Assembly: GCA_963666425.2 (NCBI GenBank)
Contig: OY762825.2
Span: 1,792,001 to 1,856,000, forward strand
Reading direction: 5' to 3'
From: Bacillota bacterium
Lineage (GTDB): Bacteria; Bacillota; JAAYKD01
DNA length: 64,000 bases
A model generated the notes under the pieces. The model was not told the DNA's origin and searched no databases. It was given only the letters and a program-made list of their open reading frames with translations. Below are positions 59,606 through 64,000 of the stretch, piece by piece; the stretch's first letter is position 1; every line of letters starts with the position of its first letter. Position numbers and translations under genes: made by a program.

Positions 59606-59914
59606 ATTTCAGCTCAAGCTTGTCAGTGGACCGAAATTCGTTAAATTTATCTTGGAACCGGCAGTTTAGAAGAAGGATTTTTATTCATGGATATGTAATA
59701 TTATCCGCAATGATTGTCACGATTTGTGACTTTAAATTGTCTGAATAGTTAGTATACTGAATTTTAGCTAACGATAATAAACAGAGTATTTTATGATTGG
59801 ATCAGTCGTTTCGGCACAAATGCATTTTTTCTTAAAAAGGAAATGATCGTTATGAGAACAGAAAAAAATCACGTCAATTTTTTCTTCGGCAATCAAATAA
59901 AAGGGGGTGTTTTT

Positions 59915-62900
59915 GTGAAAAACAGCAGGAGATTTGGCTTTCGTAAAATACTGGCACTGCTCTTGGTGCTGGCGCAATTAACGGGGTTAACACCCGGAAT
60001 GTTGGTCATGGCACAGGAGACGGAAACACCCACACAGGCGGAGGCTGTACAATCGGAGACAGCTTTGCCTGATGATACACCTGCGTTGACGGATGCTGAT
60101 GCAGCCAGCGCGCCGGCGCAGAATGAAGCTGCTGCAGAATTGACGACTTTGCCGGAAGCGCCGGTCACGCTTTTGGAAGGTCCTCCCGGCGGACCACCCA
60201 GCGGGCCTCCCGGTGGCGGTACTCTACTGACGGAAGGGATGGCAACCGAAGCCAGTCCGGTGGCCATCACTGATCTTTCCAAAGCCTTTGCCTTTGCCGT
60301 CATGATGCCTTTTGCCACACAAACTGAGTTGTGGTTTAGCCTCACTCTGGCGACCGATACTGTTTTTAGTATCACAGGTGCTGCCTCCGGTATGAGTTTT
60401 GCTTATTTACATGCCATCGAACTTTATCAAAATACGAGTGCCAGCAAGGTGGATACAACCTTCGCCTCCGGCGTGCTGACTTCCAATGCTGTGCTTACTG
60501 CCGGATCTTACCTGATTAAACTGAGAGCATCGGATGCGGCGGGCGTTCCCAGCGGAGCGGCTATTCCAAGCATTCAATGGATGCTGAGCTTTACAACCGG
60601 CAGCGCTGCCAATGTTTTAGCTGAGGGTTCTGCTACCAACCAAAATCCGGTTACCATCGCGGATATTTCCAAATCCTACCTTTTCAAAGTCGGAACCTAT
60701 GCCACACAGCCCAGTGATTTGTGGTTTGCTTTCGCGCTGCCCGGTAACGGCAGTGATATAGCCTTGACGATCACAGGATCCGATCCGGCCAACAGCGGTT
60801 CTTATTTGCACGCGATCGATGTTTACAACAGCTCCGGTCAGCTTCTGCCAGCCAGTTTCGCGGACGGGAGTCTGCAAGCGGAGATTGCCACCAATGCGAC
60901 CTACAAAATCAGGCTGCGTTCCTCTTCTTTGGATGGTACCGCGAGCGGCGGCACAATTCCGGCGATGGATTGGCAGCTGGCTTTCCAAATGGCAGTGATT
61001 ACACCACCTGTGCTGAATGATGCCAATCCAGCCTCGGCGGACAATCCTGCCGTGATCGCCAATATCAATAAAACCTATACTTTTTCGGTGGGAACCTATA
61101 CCACGCAGCCAACCGAGTTATGGCTTAGTTTCACGATCCCGGACGGGGTCAGTAATAAGGAATTGACGATAACCAGTAATTATGTTACTTGGATCGGGTT
61201 TTACCTAAATTCAGTTGAATTATATGATAATTCACAAACGTTGGTTGTATCGGGTGGGATGCCTGCTCATGTCAGCAGCGGGAATTATAACTTAAGGTTA
61301 CGTCCGTCGGATTATTCCGGTACGGTAAATGGTCAGGCGATCCCAACCTCGAATTGGACGCTGCAGTTTCAATTGCTGACGACAGACCCTAATGTCCTGG
61401 CAGAAGGGTCTGCTACCTATGAATCACCGGTTGTGATCGGCAATATCGAGGCAGATTATGCTTATTGCGTGGGTGACTATAGCGTACAGCCAATGAAAGT
61501 ATGGTTTAGCTTTACGATTCCGCAAGGAATCGAGAACCAGAATTATGCCATTCGTAATGCCGCCGGCGACCCTTTCTCCGGCTACAGTCAGTATGCAATC
61601 AGCTATCTGGCGCTCTATGACGGTGCAAAACAGTTGATGGCAGAGAATACGGGAGAAACCCCGCTTATTTTTGCGGCTTTGAGCAGCGGTACTTATTATC
61701 TTGCTGTGGGAAATCAAATGCGTTGGGGACCGGAAGCCGGCGGTTTCATGGAAATCCAACCTGCCAGTTGTAAAATCAGCCTTACTCCAGCGCTCGCTTC
61801 ACCAACTTTAGCAACCGGGTCTCCTGTCAGTGGAAGTTATGCCACAGCACAAACCGTATTTATCAATGTTCCTTCCGGTACGCAGGTGATCTATTCCAGC
61901 AGCAGCGCCAATCCTTGGGAAGATGCCAATGCAGTACTTTACCATGCCGATACCGGCATTACGGTCAGTGAGACGGCAACGCTTCATCTGGCGGCGGTTA
62001 TTTATGATGGAGAGACCATTACCAGCTACAGTAAACCGTTTGGCCTTGTCTATTTGATCGATGAGTATGAACTGACCAGTGTGCGCTCGGAGGTCACGCT
62101 CAGCCCCAACGGAACCAATTACTGGGCGATCGACACGACAGCAACCGGAGCCGGCAATTATGCTTTTTCTTTTGACATGGTCAGCACAGGTTATAGCCAG
62201 ACGATTCATTGGGGGATTTATAACGCCAGCGGTGAACAAGTCAAATACATTATGGCTGCCCGTTATTATGAAGATACAGAAATCCATGAGGTAATCTATT
62301 TGGCTGCCGGCTTCTATTACCTGCAGATCGATTGGCCGGGCTACAGCACTTGTCACCCCAGTATGACGAAAAGTTTGGATGCTATCCCGATGATTAGTGT
62401 GGATGCAGGCAATTATACAACGGCACAAACGGTCTTACTGACCCTGCCGGTCGATGCTCCGGCTGGTGCTGCCATCTATTACAAAATTGATCGCTCTTCC
62501 TGGGTGGATCCTTACTATGAAGCAAAACTTTATAATGGAAATCCGCTGATGATCCGGGCGGAAGGCACGCTATATGCCTATATTAAGGACGATAACGGTC
62601 TGGTTGGACCCGTCAACAGCAAAACCTATACCTTCAACTATACAGAAGGCGCCGAAAGTAAAACCTATAATTCTCTGATTGCCGCACCTGTTTTTAACTT
62701 AGCGAATAACAGCAGCCAAGCGCCAGGAACCGAATTAACCGCCTCAGCGGAAGGTGGACTTGATGTTTACTACTACATTAACAAATCGGCGGATTCTCCG
62801 AATTTAAATACTGTTTATCTCCAAGGAACAGAATATAACGCAGCGATTATTCTGGCTGCGGAGATGCTGAATCCCAATTCCTGGAATGAAGAGATACAGA

Positions 62901-64000
62901 TTTTTGCTGTTGCTTTAGATTCATCTACAGGATTGATCAGTGAGGATGCTTATGTCTATTTAACACTGATTACCCCCGGCCCAACTTTCACACCCGCGGC
63001 TGATCCGACTGCGGTCACCGTACTAGCAGAACCGGCGTTTGTTAGCATTGCGCATGAGACGGCTGGTACCCTATATTATAATCAAAACAGACCAAATTAC
63101 GATCCCTTTTCCTGGGGTTACGTATACAGCAATCCGATTGAAGTCAGCACCAGCATGCTGATTCGTGCGCAGTTGAATATGGGAATAGAAAATAGCGCAA
63201 TCACAGAGGCAAGGTATTTGGTGACAGCCAGTAAGCAATTACCGCTGGATGCCTATGTTTCTGCTTATGGCTTTAAAAACTATACCAACAATTATCATAT
63301 TACGGCAACTGCGGCTGGAACTTATGTTTTATCTGTCAATGCTTCCTATCCTGTCACGGTTTATAATGACACGAAAACAGAAGTCATTGCCAGTCGGACT
63401 GAAGGAACGGCTGACTTGCGCTTTTACCTTCCGGTGGGAACCGCCCGGGTTGTAGTGACCTACCCTGCCGATGTTGCTGAAACAGAATATTATCTTTACC
63501 TGACCCGAATTGTGGCGGAACCTGTGCTTTCTCCGGCTCCTTCCGGAACATGGCAACCGAAGTTATCACTGAATTTGTCATCCTCAGACGGCGATACGAT
63601 CTGGTATTATGTCGGAGAAGTTTTTATTTGGTATACCAATGATCGTTATCCCGATGCCAGATGGCAGTCCAGTCCAACCGCTGTCACTTTACCCGAATTC
63701 ACCGGAGGATATGTCAGATTATCCGCCTACTGCAAAGCGGCTGATGGTAAAACCAGCGCGGTAATCAATCAGCTCTATCAAATTGATGAAACACCGCCTA
63801 CACTGGATGCGGCAAATAATGGGCGTTTTAAATTCAACACAGATAATAATACTTATTCCTATTCCAATATCGGTTCTGCCGGAGCGACTTTGTACAGAAC
63901 CGTTTATGTAAATATCAACGGTGCGACTGACGCTGCCAGCGGGGTGGCAAAAGTTGAATATTACGTTTCCATCGACGGTGGAGCGAGCTACACTGCCTTA
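59915..64000 (+). CDS. Large secreted multidomain surface protein, 3'-truncated by window edge (at least 1362 aa), absent from ORF track
   Basis: GTG after AAGGGGG; signal MKNSRRFGFRKILALLLVLAQLTGLTPGMLVMA-QE; hand translation found no in-frame stop to 64000; tandem beta-domains then chitobiase-C/FN3-associated-like modules (SGSYATAQTV, AGNYTTAQTV). Confidence 0.85.
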   Translation, partial: MKNSRRFGFRKILALLLVLAQLTGLTPGMLVMAQETETPTQAEAVQSETALPDDTPALTDADAASAPAQNEAAAELTTLPEAPVTLLEGPPGGPPSGPPGGGTLLTEGMATEASPVAITDLSKAFAFAVMMPFATQTELWFSLTLATDTVFSITGAASGMSFAYLHAIELYQNTSASKVDTTFASGVLTSNAVLTAGSYLIKLRASDAAGVPSGAAIPSIQWMLSFTTGSAANVLAEGSATNQNPVTIADISKSYLFKVGTYATQPSDLWFAFALPGNGSDIALTITGSDPANSGSYLHAIDVYNSSGQLLPASFADGSLQAEIATNATYKIRLRSSSLDGTASGGTIPAMDWQLAFQMAVITPPVLNDANPASADNPAVIANINKTYTFSVGTYTTQPTELWLSFTIPDGVSNKELTITSNYVTWIGFYLNSVELYDNSQTLVVSGGMPAHVSSGNYNLRLRPSDYSGTVNGQAIPTSNWTLQFQLLTTDPNVLAEGSATYESPVVIGNIEADYAYCVGDYSVQPMKVWFSFTIPQGIENQNYAIRNAAGDPFSGYSQYAISYLALYDGAKQLMAENTGETPLIFAALSSGTYYLAVGNQMRWGPEAGGFMEIQPASCKISLTPALASPTLATGSPVSGSYATAQTVFINVPSGTQVIYSSSSANPWEDANAVLYHADTGITVSETATLHLAAVIYDGETITSYSKPFGLVYLIDEYELTSVRSEVTLSPNGTNYWAIDTTATGAGNYAFSFDMVSTGYSQTIHWGIYNASGEQVKYIMAARYYEDTEIHEVIYLAAGFYYLQIDWPGYSTCHPSMTKSLDAIPMISVDAGNYTTAQTVLLTLPVDAPAGAAIYYKIDRSSWVDPYYEAKLYNGNPLMIRAEGTLYAYIKDDNGLVGPVNSKTYTFNYTEGAESKTYNSLIAAPVFNLANNSSQAPGTELTASAEGGLDVYYYINKSADSPNLNTVYLQGTEYNAAIILAAEMLNPNSWNEEIQIFAVALDSSTGLISEDAYVYLTLITPGPTFTPAADPTAVTVLAEPAFVSIAHETAGTLYYNQNRPNYDPFSWGYVYSNPIEVSTSMLIRAQLNMGIENSAITEARYLVTASKQLPLDAYVSAYGFKNYTNNYHITATAAGTYVLSVNASYPVTVYNDTKTEVIASRTEGTADLRFYLPVGTARVVVTYPADVAETEYYLYLTRIVAEPVLSPAPSGTWQPKLSLNLSSSDGDTIWYYVGEVFIWYTNDRYPDARWQSSPTAVTLPEFTGGYVRLSAYCKAADGKTSAVINQLYQIDETPPTLDAANNGRFKFNTDNNTYSYSNIGSAGATLYRTVYVNINGATDAASGVAKVEYYVSIDGGASYTAL
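60224..61790 (+). repeat. Four tandem protein-level repeats of about 130 aa
   Basis: Units start at 60224, 60614, 61010, 61394: LLTEGMATEASPVAI, VLAEGSATNQNPVTI, VLNDANPASADNPAVI, VLAEGSATYESPVVI, each with (L/V)W(F/L)x(F/L) and a YxIxL-type strand. Confidence 0.8.

Noticed and set aside
60179-60220. GPPGGPPSGPPGGG as a collagen-like domain
   Set aside because: Too short, with a 4-residue period rather than Gly-X-Y; treated as a linker.
59893-63581. Short ORFs listed across the last 4 kb (e.g. 59893-60375, 61808-62428)
   Set aside because: Antisense or off-frame shadows of the long + strand CDS starting at 59915.
1-64000. CRISPR arrays, tRNA/rRNA, prophage, transposases, defence systems
   Set aside because: No regularly spaced nucleotide repeats, RNA-gene signatures or relevant protein motifs were seen by eye; weak cases could have been missed.

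Overview
64-kb chromosomal window from an anaerobic Bacillota-type bacterium, judged from SLH proteins, a T-box, sigma-A promoters and AGGAGG-type RBSs. I saw no rRNA, tRNA, CRISPR array or mobile element. Contents in order: trkA-ktrB; a 13-kb operon of a propeptide-less subtilase, an anchorless 1810-aa Ig-repeat protein and a 2359-aa SLH protein; a convergent SLH protein with an HFS motif; a beta-CASP nuclease; znuACB-zur with a Zur-type box; a ferritin-like protein; an HK plus a frameshifted RR; an MFP-ABC-permease-SLH operon; a detoxification-type cluster (AraC-GyrI, aac(6')-like gene behind a structured leader, GNAT-isochorismatase fusion); ygeY-like hydrolase; T-box tyrS; GntR-ABC; MATE; nitrilase; GNAT and MerR-GyrI; a KdpDE-like pair ahead of an unusual Trk operon (TPR, four RCK proteins, an unannotated 34-aa membrane peptide, TrkH, membrane-anchored OB-fold protein); two CNNM/CorC paralogs; a CofE-like ligase; and an unlisted secreted repeat protein of at least 1362 aa running off the right edge. 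Best candidates for undescribed biology are the Kdp/Trk hybrid, the protease plus giant surface-protein operon, in-frame internal starts in both GyrI-fusion regulators, and the RNA upstream of aac(6'). All family calls come from reading motifs by eye; no searches were run.
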